DNA from: the human T2T-CHM13v2.0 reference genome, Homo sapiens
Assembly: GCF_009914755.1 (NCBI RefSeq)
Contig: NC_060931.1
DNA: 64,000 nucleotides
Direction: 5' to 3' (one strand)
The notes under the pieces are model-generated. The model was not told the DNA's origin. It saw only the letters and a program-made list of their open reading frames with translations, and did no database searches. This document shows, in pieces, positions 41,958 through 55,077 of the stretch (its first letter is position 1; every line of letters begins with the position of its first letter). A program made the translations under genes and the position numbers.

Positions 41958-42858
41958 GCACACACACAATATTTGTGTATTCATGAACACACAAAACACA
42001 CTCACACATGCGATCACACTGCATGACCCCCCCCACACCCACACATGCAGTCACACACACGCACACAACAGACACATGCTTATGTGCACACACACAACAC
42101 ACCTGCACTAGCCCAGGCACTCACACATACATGAACACAGCAGACCCAAACACGTTCGCACGCACAACACACCCACACACACAGAGGCACTCCACACACA
42201 CATGCACACACACACCCACAGTCACACATGCACCACCACACACATACAGCAGATCCACAATGTATATGCACACACACAACACATCCACACTCACACATGC
42301 ACTCCACATACATGCACACAGCAGACCCCCACACACGCACACACATATAGAACACCCACACTTATGCACTCACATATATATGAACACAGCAGACCCACAC
42401 AGTCACACACCAACACATTCACACATGCAATCCACACATGCAGCAGACACACACACGTGCACACACCACACCCATGTCACACACAGCAGACCCACACACG
42501 TTCACACACACAACACAGTCACATACGCACTCAAACATACATGCACACAGCAGACCCATATATATGCATATTCAAACACACAACACATCCACACTCACAC
42601 ATGCACTCCACACACCTGCACACAGCAGATCCCCACACACATGCACACAAACACCCACACTCATACACGCACTCACAGCAGATCCCCCAACACACGCATT
42701 CTTACACATGCACACAGCAGACCCACACACGTGCACACACACGCACACACACTCATACATGCACTCACAGCAGACTCCCCCACACACGCATTCTTACACA
42801 TGCACACAGCAGACCCCTACACACGTGCACACACACATGCACACACACATACACACAC
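41958..42858. repeat. (CA)-rich low-complexity array with recurring CACAGCAGACCC
   Basis: Direct inspection. Confidence 0.93.
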
Positions 42859-43429
42859 CTTCACCTGAGGCCAAGCCAAGGGGGAGTGATCTGGGAAGTG
42901 GCATCTGGAGGCTGAGGAACCTCAGAGCATTTCTTCTTTTGCATCTGAGGTTTCAAAACCCATGAGAATGATCTTGGAGTTATTCCTTATTCTCTACATG
43001 CCAGGAAAGGTGAAATCAGAAAGGAGAGGATTTGACAGCCTCACCCAGAGGGAAAGTGTCAGGCTGGGGCTCACTTTTTGCCCTTTGGAGCCGAGGATGA
43101 AGGAAACAGTAACTGCCACAGGGCAGCAGGAGTGCACCCCGCAGCCTGGTGGAGTCTCCCACGCTGGAGGGGAGGCAAGAGTGCACCCTGCAGCCTGGTG
43201 GAGTCTCCCATGCTGGAGGAGAGGAGGATGAGGCCAGGCATACTGGACAGCTTGTGTGACCCCAAGGCAGGCATGGCAGGATCTAGGTGCAGATGACACA
43301 CCCAGCATCCTTGTGCCAATGCCACCCGGGTGTACTTTGCTGCCTCTGCTGAATGTAGGTGGAAGAAGGCAACTCACCTGTGAACAGTGCTGTCCTCTCT
43401 CCTGAGAACCAGCACAATCATAAGTTTGG

Positions 43430-43880
43430 AGACAACAACAAGAATTCAGTTTTAGTTATGAGAGGCCTATAAGACCTCTGAGTAAAGACATAACTCTAGG
43501 ATCTGGTCAGAGCTATAAATTCAGGGTCAATTCACTCCATGGCTGCCATTTGGAGTTATACAGATGAATGAGGTCATGGAGGGAGGTGGTGTCTGGAGAG
43601 AAGTGTCCTGAGGAACCCAGCATTTGGAGAGCATGTGGGGAGGCCACCATTGATGAGCCTGAGAAAGAGCAGCCAGAGACATCGGAGATGAAGGTGAGCC
43701 CAGCATGGTTGACACCAAGACAAGAGGAAGTTTTGAGAAGGGGCTTATTAGCTCTCAAAAGCTGATGGAGAGCCCACAGTTGATGAGGATTGAAGAGTGG
43801 CCATTGGCTTCAGCACCATGAAATCACAGCTGGCCTTGGTTGGCATGGTGGGATAGAAGCCACTCTGAATGAGCTGGAGT
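43430..43880 (-). mobile_element. L2 LINE fragment
   Basis: AGAATTCAGTTTT, CTGAGAAAGAGCAGCCAGAGA, GATGAGGATTGAAGAGTGGCCATTGG resemble reverse-strand L2. Confidence 0.65.
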
Positions 43881-44075
43881 CTGCACCTGTGGCCGGGGCA
43901 GAAGCAGTGGCTGAGGTAGATGGAGGATTGGGGAGAATGCAAACAGGAAGACAAATAAACCAGAGGCCAGGGAAACCAATGGTTGTTGATGTCACAGAGA
44001 ATGATGACATAGGTTGTGGTGAAGATAATTGTGAGAGACGTGACTAAGGGGGAGGAGGGACATGGGTTAGGAAGC

Positions 44076-45352
44076 CATTCATCCATCCAGGCACTCATTC
44101 ATCCATCTATATATACACTATCCATCATCCATACACCCACTCATCCACCCATCCATCCATCTGTACACTATCCATCATCCATCCATCTACTCATCTATCC
44201 ATCCCTCCCTCTATCTATACACCATCCAATAACCATCCATTCACTCATCCATCCATCTATATACTATCCATCAATCACCCATACACTCATCCATCCACTC
44301 ATCCACTATCCATTGTGCATTCATCTACCCACTCATCCATTCATCCATCTATACACTATCCATCATCCATCCAAATACTCATCCATCCATCTATATACGA
44401 TCCATTATCCATCTATACACTCATCCATCCATCCACTCACCCACTATCCATCATCCATCCATAATACACTCATGCATCCATCCACCCATCTGCTATCCAT
44501 GAGCCATCCTCCCACTCATCCATCCATCCATCCGTCCATCCATCTATACACTATCCATCCACCTACTCATCTATCCATCTATATACTATCCATTAACTAT
44601 CCATCCACTCATCTATCCATCTATATACTATCCATCATCCATCTATCCACTCATCCACCCATCTATATGCTATCCATCATCCATCCACCTATATATTAGC
44701 CATTATCTATCCATAATACACTTATCCATCCATCCAATCATCCGCTATCCATTATCTTTCCATAATACACTTATCCATTCATCCAATCATCCACTATCCA
44801 TCATCCATCTACCCTTTCATCCATCCATTCATCTACCCATCCACTCACCATGCATCCATCTACACACTATCCATTATCTATCCATCCACTCTTCTATCCA
44901 CCCATCCACTATCCATCTACCCATCCACATATCCCATCATCCATGCGTACATGCATCCATCCTTCCTCCTATATATCCATCAGCCCATCCATCCATCCAT
45001 CCTTATATCCATCCACTATCCATCTATCCATCCACCCATCATCCATGCAGGCATCCATCCTTCCTCTCATCCATCAGCCAATCTGTCATCCATCCATCCA
45101 CTCATCCATCCATTTATCTATATACTATCCATCACTTATCCATGTATTCATCCACTATCAAGCATTCATCCATCCACCCATGATCCATACAGACATACAT
45201 GCACCCATCCATCTTTCTATCCTTCCATCCTTCTATCCACTCATCCATTCACCCACTATCCATCATCCATCCATGCATGCATCCATCTATCCTTCCTTCC
45301 ATCCATTCTGTCCATCCACCTATGGAAGCATATAACCATCCATCCATCCATC
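44076..45352. repeat. (CCAT/CTAT)n degenerate tetranucleotide array, ~1.3 kb
   Basis: Direct inspection; almost no G on the + strand. Confidence 0.96.
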
Positions 45353-46348
45353 CAGATTTCTATTGAGGACCCATATTGTTAAAAAATAGAGCTAATAATC
45401 ACCTAAAATATTTAATAAAACCTTAAAACATATAAATACCTAAAATACTAAAGCCTGGCAAAATAACAAATTATTAGAATAAGTTCAAGAAATTCTAATT
45501 AATGTTTGCAAGATTATGTTATCATTAGCTTCAAGACACTCCTAGCCTCAGGCTCAGGGTATAGGCAAAAAATTAACACCTAGTACTTGACAATGAGCGT
45601 CCGTACCTGGGCTGTGATTATGAGCAGCTGCTTCTGATTACAATCAGTGAATCACTAATCTGCAGTCTGCTACAAAACAGCTGGACTCCATCTATTATTC
45701 ATTCTTGATGTGGAGATATCCAGAATGGAGAGACTAGAATTGGACTCCTAGGATCCCTGTTGTCTTCATCCCCCAAGGATGTTCTGGTTTAGAAGTTGTG
45801 TTTCGGAGGCCCCTGACATCCAAGACTACAGGTTAGATCATCAAGTTCATATGACAGGCAAGGACTGGTGAAGTTTTCAGATTTTCTCACTCATTGGCTA
45901 GCATTCCTTTGAACTCTTCAAAGGCTTGATATATATAGTCTACCTTAAACATCTGGGGATTTGATGTCCTGAGACTTAGGTTTTGATCACATCAAGCTTT
46001 TCCCTAAGCATGAAAATTTTGCTCAAATAATTCAGATACCCTAACCAGCCTGTGTCTCTAAGGGGAATCTGGAGGGCAAAGTGGGGAGGGGGTTGAATCA
46101 GTCCTTCGTTCCACAGCTGGGTATGAGACAGACAGAGAAATTAGAAGTGTTTTTTCCTTTTTCCTCCTTACTCTAGAGATGAGCAGATGGACTGGCTCAA
46201 AAGTGGCCTGGACTTCAAGCCCTCATAGAGAACTGATGCATCTCAAGTCACCTTCGCTCTGCCATCAGTAACAATCCCCCCGAACCCAGCGAGAGCACAC
46301 GGCCCCAGAGCTCAGACCGTCAGTGGGGTTTGTGCACAGCCTCCTGTG

Positions 46349-46511
46349 ACCCTCCTGAAGGTAGGAGCTGACCACAAGTCCTCCTCCCAAGGCAGGGGCG
46401 AGCTCAGCTTGCCGACGGCTGCCAGAGAGTCACCCTCCTGAAGGTAGAAGCTGACCACAGGTCCTCCTCCTAGGGCAGGGGGTGAGCTTGTTGTGCCGAC
46501 CGCTGCCAGAG
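46349..46511. repeat. Two-copy tandem duplication (~83-bp period)
   Basis: ACCCTCCTGAAGGTAG.AGCTGACCACA.GTCCTCCTCC present twice. Confidence 0.9.
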
Positions 46512-47299
46512 AACCACAAGAGGGCCTTCCCCTTTGCACCTGAAGCCTTAATTAGCAGGTTTGTCTTGGGATGTTAAGGATGGGAGGCCTCTGTCTGGTG
46601 CCCCACCTGTCCAATGGGCAGCAGCTTCCCGAGGACAAGTGCATGCTGTCCGTGGATTCTCTGTGCCTGCATGGCGTGAGGTGTGTCACTGACACTCAGG
46701 GACTCTTTGCTGACTCAAGGCTGCCACACAGGCCCCCGGAAGAACTCGGTAGGAACTCTGGACTGTTGGCAACTGAGCCTCCCGCAAAATAGGGAATGGA
46801 GGCTGCCCCATTCCGGAGGGACATGGTGAGACCTGGCTCGACAGGAAGTTCTAGAGGACAGGCATGCTTTTGGGTCACTGGCTGTCTGTTGGTGGGCAGA
46901 AGAGTCTTTGGGTGTGAACCTGGATGCTACACTGCAGTGACCCCCAACTAGTGCTGTGCCCCAAATACTTGGGCAGAAGGCAACACTCCTCAGAGAAAGG
47001 GTGACCTGTTTCCCGTGAGGCAGAACCCGCCTCGCCTTGGCTGGAGCAGATGATGGAACCACTTCCACATGCTGAATGAAGCCACAAAGCAGGCGGATCA
47101 CGAGCGGCACCCAGGGCCCACATTAGGGCTGAGTCATGCTGGGAAAACTGAGGGCCTGGGGAGTCAGCCAATGTGGCCCCAAGGACCCTGCAGACCCCAC
47201 CCCATCTCAAGGCAGCTTGGCTCAGGGCAAACGAGGATTCTTCACCATCCCAGGCCTGCTGGTCTTCCTCTGCTTCCTTGGAGCCTCTGGTCTGTAGCT

Positions 47300-47706
47300 G
47301 GACACGTGGATGAAGTTTCTCTTTCCCAGCCTTTCTTGAAGCTGGACATGCGACTCGGTTCTGGCCAAGGCAACCCAAGTGAGAGTTGTGTGCTGCTTTC
47401 AGGGAGTGTCTCATGGTGGGACGCGCGCCCTGCTCCTCTTCTTCCCCCTTCCTGCTGGCTGAAATGAGACCTTGATGGTGGGATCTCCAGCAGCCATCTG
47501 GGATCATGAGGAGCAGCTCAGGGCTGAGGGCTGGAGCGGCAGGAGTAGAACACCTTGTTTCTGGGACCTCAGAGGCTGCAAGGTCCTCAGACTGCCTCCC
47601 CCCCAGACTTCTTCCACAGGAAATGAAAGTGCATTTCCAGCTCATTTAAGCCACTTTTATTTTTTATTTTCTGTCACACTCAGTCACACTAATCCTGACT
47701 AATACA
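47300..47706 (+). mobile_element. Old MLT1 (MLT1J/K-like) LTR
   Basis: CAGCAGCCATCTGGGATCATGAG, TTTAAGCCACT, terminal ATCCTGACTAATACA. Confidence 0.7.
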
Positions 47707-48254
47707 CACGTGTTTGCCAGTGAACAGATTATCCTCTCAAAAGTGTCAAAATGCCACGTCAGTGTATGAATCACACCTTTGAACAATGAAGGCTCCCGTG
47801 TTAAGAGGACGAGTGAGCTCTGCTGCCTGGACCACTGCCCTCCACATTTGTTCATGTCTGAGTTCACACCTGGGGCTCACACAGGTATCTCTCTCGAGGC
47901 AGACCTCAGGCGCCTTCTCTGCAGATCTGAGAAAACCTGGCTGGATCCCGGGGGAGCAGCAGCGCTGGCCCCAGCCCCATTCAGCTTCCACCACTCAGCT
48001 TCTCTGCCGAGCTCCCAGGCACTGTTCTGGAGACCTCAAGGCTCCAGGAGACAAAAAGTAGCATCACTGTAGAGAGCTTCTGGATGTCTGTGGCTTAGGG
48101 GTGCTTGAAAAGTTACAGATGCTCTTTTGTACACTGAGTCAAGGCTTTGGAGAAGCGCAAGTGCTTTATTCACCACTTTCACTTTGCTCCCCCGTGCATG
48201 TAAGGGGTCAGGCAATCCCCTCTGCTCAAGCCACCACCAGTAAATAGAACGGCA

Positions 48255-48808
48255 GCACAACCGTGATCACCACAGTCATCACAATGAGCGCCATTTCCAC
48301 GCGTGCTGTGCTGAGATGACAACACAACTGTGATGACCACAATCATCACAACGAGCGCCATTTCCACGCGTGCTGTGCAAAGACAGCAGCACGAACACGA
48401 TCGTCACAATCGCGAGCGCCATTTCCACGCGTGCTGTGCAAAGACGGCAGCACGAACACGATCGTCACAATCGCGAGCGCCATTTCCACGCGTGCTGTGC
48501 AAAGACGGCAGCACGAACACGATCGTCACAATCGCGAGCGCCATTTCCACGCGTGCTGTGCAAAGACGGCAGCACGAACACGATCGTCACAATCGCGAGC
48601 GCCATTTCCACGCGTGCTGTGCAAAGACGGCAGCACGAACACGATCGTCACAATCGCGAGCGCCATTTCCACGCGTGCTGTGCAAAGACGGCAGCACGAA
48701 CACGATCGTCACAATCGCGAGCGCCATTTCCACGCGTGCTGTGCAAAGATGGCAGCACGAACACGATCGTCACAATCGTGAGCGCCATTTCCACGCGTGC
48801 TGTGCTAA
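48255..48808. repeat. CpG-dense minisatellite, 61-bp unit (GAGCGCCATTTCCACGCGTGCTGTGCAAAGACGGCAGCACGAACACGATCGTCACAATCGC), ~9 copies
   Basis: GCGCCATTT at 48288, 48355, 48416, 48477, 48538, 48599, 48660, 48721 and 48782. Confidence 0.97.
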
Positions 48809-49549
48809 GCTGTATTTCACCCTCACGCCAGGCAACAAGGTGGGCATTACTCTTCCCAGTTCACAGGTGAGGGCCCTGGTAATCTCAGCGGAGCCTGGCG
48901 GGGACTTGGGGGTGTCACAGGAGCAAGTGGGAGTCCTGATTGCAGAGGGTGGGGACCATGGCATCCCAGAGGGTGGGCAGAACATGGCTTTAGGATGTCA
49001 CCGTCCTCCTGTGAGGTCATGGGGCAATGGGGAGCCAGGAAAGGCGCCCATATATCCTGCGCACGGGGCAGCGAATTCATCTGCCCAGGAGCACGACTTA
49101 TCCCACAGGCACCAGAGGGGTCTATACTGACCCGGCTCCTGCACAGGACCCTCCAAATGTCTTCAAGTTGTCCTGCATCTCCGACCATGTCCCCAGCAGA
49201 CACATTGCACTAGAGATGATGCTTCCTTGGTCAAAACACTAGGTTCTCTGGTCCTAACACAACACTGCCAGACATCTGAAGTTACTATATTTTCTAACCA
49301 AGCAGACTGGCTATGAGTTTTTCTAACTGAATGTCATCCAAAACCTAACCCTAACTCCTGTATGAACATTGTTTTCAAACTCATGAAGCATCAAAGGCCC
49401 TTGTGGTTTTCTGGAGTTTCCATTCTCTAGAGCTTTTCGACAACACCCTGCATTTGGGTTTTCATCTTGAGCCCTCATATTATCTCATTCGATTCCTGCA
49501 GCGGTTTTGAGAGGTGGGCACCCATTTATGGATGAAGGAAGCCAGAGAC

Positions 49550-49592
49550 CACAACACAACACAACACAACACAACACAACACAACACAACAC
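49550..49592. repeat. (CACAA)n pentanucleotide microsatellite
   Basis: About 8 perfect copies. Confidence 0.95.
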
Positions 49593-52589
49593 AGTGTGGG
49601 CCGTGGCTGTCTGGAGGCCAAGCTCGATCAGAATGTCCCTGGGCACTGTCTGGGGGCCTGAGAAAGCGTTCGGGCTGTGTGGGTGGTGGGGGTTGGACCT
49701 AAGACCTCCAGTGAGGCGTGACGTCCTCCATTCAATTCACTTATTTCCCCCATGGGGGCTGAGTTGTCCTTCAAACCCAGTGGCCCAGGGAGTGGGCACT
49801 GCGTCCACAAAGGACCCCTCCGGCATTTGGGGGAACCCAGTGTGCTCTGCAGATGTTCCTTGAGCGAGGACTGAGGACCAGGTGCTGGGGTGCCTTGGAG
49901 GAGGGCGGTTGGTGGTGTCTCCACTACGACTCACCGTGCTGGGGTGGATGTGGCCCCTGAGCTGCCGGCCCCGCCCTCGCCGGCTGTGATGCTTTGACTC
50001 AGGGACGGCCACTGTGTCACGGGCTGTTCCCAGAGTCTCAGTGCCTTCCTCGGGCTGCACGTTCTGATTTTGTTTTTTTTTGAAAAGGTAAACATAAAGA
50101 AAATGCTTGAAGCCCCAGGACACAGTTGGGCTGACAGGTCTCCGCAAGGCAGCTGCCCTGGAGGGTCCCTCAGACGGCAGCTTGGGGTGCAGCTCTGGGC
50201 GTCCCCACCGTGGGACCTGCCTGCCTTCACGGCCACGGAAGTACATTTCGTAAGTTCTGGTTTTCCTCCTTCCTGACATTAATTTTCCCCACATGCAGAT
50301 GGAGCTGGGACCAGCCTCTGGGTTAAAATTCAGCATCACGTCTTACTCAGAGGAAGATGGTGGGAGGTCCTCATGCTTCTCTGAGCCCCTTCCACGCGTG
50401 TGGTCACCACAGTCTCCCTTTTCCAACCTGTCCGGATGCCCCTGCTGTAGGCTGTAGACAGACTGTCCACCTTGCTACAGACTGTAGATGCTGAGCTGTG
50501 TCTTCACGAGCAACCACAGAAGAGGCCACGTTGACTACAGAGCCCATGGACGGAACAGTGATCGGATACAAGACTTGCCCCCACTTCCGCAAGCCCTCGG
50601 CACCCACAGCTGTGCCCCTCGGGACCACTTCCCTGCCCCAGAGCCATCCGTGTCATCAGCACCAAGACTATATGGTGAAGGAAGAGTCTGGAAAGTGGCA
50701 GCAGCTCACAGCAAGACCCTGAGAGACGTCCTGGTTACTGCAGGTATGATCACAGCAAGACCCTGAGAGATGTCCTGGTTACTGCAGGTACAAACAGTCA
50801 AATCAAGTATCTGTTTATGAGACATTCAACAAAACCAGGTAAACTGAAATCTATGGCAAAGTACCAACTTCCTGCCAAACAGCTGACAAGTAAGACAGGG
50901 TCTGTCTGTGTTGCCGACTCCCGAAAATGCCCACTTTGGCTAAAAAGGTCCAGTAGTGGAGAATTTTAACAACGCCACTCAGTTTTATTTGCGTAACCCC
51001 CTATAAAAGTGACCTCCAAGGGCAAGCCGTTTGGAGTCACCAATTCAGGAACGAAGATGGTGTCACTGTTTTCTCCAACTGTATTTCTTTATGCATCATG
51101 GTTTTTATAATTTTTTAAGGGAAATTGATGACATCCCCATCTTAAAACCAAACACAATTTGAATTTCAAATGCACTTGGAGTTCTTCCTTCCAGGACACG
51201 TCTGCGATGCCAGCGCGGGGCGCAGCCTGGCGCGGGATGCTCGTGAGCCGTGAGCTTTGATTCTGAAATATGTAATACATTTTTAATAAGGACAACTAAA
51301 TTTGTTTCCCTAGAAATGTATTTTGAAGAGTCCATAATAAACTGTCTTCTACAATGAGGAGCTATTTAAAGTCAAAAACAAAAAGGCAAGGGTCCCGTCT
51401 TGCTGCGAGTGTTGGGGCAGGTGCTATCTGAACACGGTGGCGCAAAAGAGATGAGACCTCACCACTGATCAAACACTCGGCTGGTAAGTAGAAGTCCTTA
51501 AAAAAGACGAACATCAAACAGGTCCTCATCTGGGGCGCTCTTTTTGTGGGGTCACCCTGACCGTGAGGCCACAGATGCGGGCCCGTGTGCACCGCAGGCC
51601 ATACGTGGGGTTAGGTAAGTTTGAAAGTCTGGACAAGGCTGTCATTAAAGCGTAGGTGATGCTAAACGGCGTGAAAGCCTCTGCTTTCTAGAGGCTCCAG
51701 CAAGACTGACACGGAAAAGCTGAGGACGAGGATGTTGGTGAAGACTCCTTACAAAGGCGGAAGGCGCCACACTGTGAGCTGAGCCATCTCTGCAATGGAA
51801 GGACAGAGCATGACCGTGCACCCACCTGCTGAGAGCCCAAGTGGCTGCCCCAGCACCACCCCGTCCAGAGGGCCGGGAGAGCAGCCGCATTGAAGGTCGC
51901 TCCAGGAAAAGCCCTGGCCCGACTCCTCAGGCATGATGGTACAGATGTTGACTTGGCGGCAACACGTTTGTCCCTGGGCAAACTCTGTTTCACCCTGAAT
52001 CTCATGATGGTGATGTCTCCTCTGCCCCATGGCAGCTGCCTGCCCTGCACCTCTGCAGTGGCAGCTCCACCTGTCTGTGGGCCGTGCTTCTAGCTGCACT
52101 GTCCCTCCATGCTTCCAAAGACATTATGTCCTGGTCACCAGAACTCCTGGTCTGCAGTATCCTCTCTCCCCCGTGTTACCACCCCCTCCTGCCCCACCCT
52201 CCCTCCCACTGTCCTTTCTGGATGGTGTCCTTGACCTCCTGTCTTCCTGCTCTTGGTCCCATGGGAAGTGCCAACCCTGGAAGAAAGGAGGGGCTGGCTT
52301 CTCTGTGCCTGCTCACTGGCAGCTGAGCACCCCCAGGGGCATCTGGGGTCCCTGAATTCACAGTCCTCATCCTCAGACTCAGGGGCATCCAGCCCACCCT
52401 TCTTCCCTACTCAGCCCTTAAAAAGAGGCACATGGTAAAAGGCTGCTGGTAACAAGATACCCCTAAGTTCTCAAGGTATCATCCTGCAAATCAACGATGA
52501 ATTACCAAGGGAAGAATTTACCTTTACAATGGAGTGATGTGGCAGGTGCCTCTTTTACCAAAGCGACTGCACTTGGCATTGTCCCAGCA

Positions 52590-52749
52590 GGGAGGGGCTG
52601 GCCGTGCACCTGCTGTGGCCGGAGGCACACACATCACCACGCGGGGAGGGGTTGACCGTGCACCTGCTGTGGCCGGAGGCACACACATCGCCACGCGGGG
52701 AGGGGCTGACCGTGCACCCACAGCTGCCAGAGGCACACACATCACCACA
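52590..52749. repeat. 54-bp minisatellite x3
   Basis: GGAGGGGCTGACCGTGCACCTGCTGTGGCCGGAGGCACACACATCACCACGCGG; 18-aa periodicity in ORFs. Confidence 0.92.
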
Positions 52750-52769
52750 TGCTGAAGACCTGCATCTGA

Positions 52770-53040
52770 ATCTAGTAGTGTGGGGCAATCCAACAGGCCC
52801 AGGCCACAGGATATCCCACAGGACAAGCCTGGTTTCTCTAACAATTGCAATGCTAGAAAAGACCAAAACTAAAATGTAAAGGTAGAAGTATTCTAGAACA
52901 AAGAAAATCCGAGATGTCACAACAAAACACAGCATTCACCCTTGATTGGAATCTGGATTAAAAATAAAAAGCAAGCTATTGGGACAACGGGAAAACTGGC
53001 CACATACGAACGTGTGCTAAGTAACGTCACTGCTTCCAGG
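52770..53040 (+). mobile_element. Old L1 (L1MC/ME-like) 3' fragment
   Basis: CCTTGATTGGAATCTGGATT..., ATTGGGACAACGGGAAAACTGG resemble L1M 3'UTR motifs. Confidence 0.5.
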
Positions 53041-55077
53041 CTGCACGCTGGGGGATGATGCAGACACTCCCTTTTCTGCACCTCACGGGGAAGTTTTGTG
53101 ATGTCTGCAGCAACCTTTGTGACTTCCATCCAGACACACAGGTAAATGACAGAGTTGCAGGCATGACTGAGAGCTCAAAGTTGGTGACTCTGGAGGAAGA
53201 GGGTGCAGGTGCTCATTTTACTCTCCTTTCAACTTGTTTGACAGTGTGGAGTTTGCAAAATAAAATTCTGGGATAAAGGGAGAAGCACAGGAAGAGGGAC
53301 TCCTTGCTGTGAGCCCAGCTGTGGGGAGGAACTGCTCGGGCCCTGCAGCATCTTACAAGGGGTGCAGGGAAGTCCAGAGACAGAAGCCCCCATGGTGCAG
53401 GCCTGTCCCAGCGACCTGTAGCCTCATCCAGCACTGCGGCCACTCCTCCTCCAGGTGTCCCGCCATGTGCAGCCGTGAATATCCTGTAGTCTAAGCCTTC
53501 TCTCGTTGGGGTTTTCTGTTATTTCTTCCCGAAGCATCTTAACTGATGCGGGTTCTGTGTCCAGGGAAGAGCAGGGCAGGGCTGGGTGCATTTGGAGTTG
53601 CCCTGGGGCTGGGGCTGGGAGACGGAGCTGCCCTCCCCATCCCTGTCCACGGCCCCTCTCACCCTGCAGTACTGAGCAGGGTGAGGCAGGGAAGAGGAGG
53701 AGCAGAGGAGTGGCTGGGAGGGTCTCAGTGAGCATTTCAGAGCCATCTCCACCTGTCAGAACGAGCAGGAAGACATCCAACCCTTATTGGGAGTCTACAC
53801 AGGTGTTCTGCACTGAGCTCCCCTCTACCTCGGGCCTGCGAGAAGCAGGGAAGGTATAGGCTGCCGTCTCCCTCCCCCAGGCAGCTGGGGCTGTCCTCAC
53901 ACCAGCACAGCCCAGTCCTATGACAAGCCTGGCCACGTTAGACCCTCACGAGACGTCCCACGAATGGAACCCTAGGCCATAAAATATATGGATATTCCAG
54001 GGTTTAATTCATAGCCATCCTTAAGCTGGGGGAGGGCAGTTATGGAGCTCCAGAGCGGGGTAAGTTGTTGGAAAACGGAAAGAAGTTTGTCTGGCAGTTG
54101 CTTCGTCTGCATGAGGAGTGACGGCTGGGCTGCTGATGGCCCTGAGGGGTCCTCCTGGAGCACCTGGCACCTCCGCTAATTCTCCGGGGTGGAGGCACTT
54201 GCACAACCATGTGATGAATTCTTCAGCAGCGCCCGGAAGCTCGGAGGACATGAGAGGTGGCACCAAGGCTGTGGCAGCTGCTCAGCCGGTCTCGCAGGCT
54301 CAGGACTCGAGCTCTGTGTTAAGCCGCACTACCACTGTGATTGGCACCAGGCTCGATGCTGCATCTCAGGCTCTGTTTCATAAACAGGAGGATTATTTCA
54401 GACCGATCAGAGGCGGCTGCATTCTGCAAATTACCGTGTGCTGTGGCTGCGCTCACACATTGCCAAGTGGCTCCTCCGACAGGCGGCACTAATCCACGTT
54501 GGTCTGTTCAGGAAGGTTGCCTTTGTAAACTGGAGACAGAATACTTTTGTTTTTGTTTTAAACATACATTTGGGAAGGTGGAAGTCAAGAAATGTAGCGG
54601 TTCTGTTGAGTTCAAAGAGAAACACAGGATTCCTAAGTTTCACCCACGCTTTGCCTGACTGACCAACACACTGAAGCTCCCTTCAAACCCAGAGACTTAC
54701 TGCACTTGCTTCTAGATGCCACAAAAATTGCTGTTAAAAAGAAAAAAAGAAATGGAAACACGAAGGAGCTGCACGTGTGGGGGAGGTGAGGGTGAGAAGG
54801 AAGGAAAGGCACAATCTGTCACAGTTTCCAAACACATATGCTTCGCGTGGGAATCTGGGGTTGATTCAAAGGCTGAATGGATCTTCAGTCACTGGAAGGC
54901 TTGGCCCAAAATATTTCATTATATGGAGCAGTTCTCTTCCTTCTAGTAGCAAAAGCAACAGCAGAGAGTGACTGGATTTGTGATCAGAATGGGGACAGTG
55001 GGAAAAGTTACCAAACCAATTTACTCAATGGAGAAAATAGCCAACTGGTCAAAGAACTGTGATGAGATGGCGGGATT

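Noticed and set aside
48330-49130. 266-aa repetitive ORF
   Set aside because: The 61-bp unit is not a multiple of 3 and cycles through all frames; no coding signature.
51420-51620. Two GTAAGT donor sites (about 51484 and 51615) suggesting exons
   Set aside because: No convincing polypyrimidine acceptor or coding frame; a lncRNA exon cannot be supported without transcript data.
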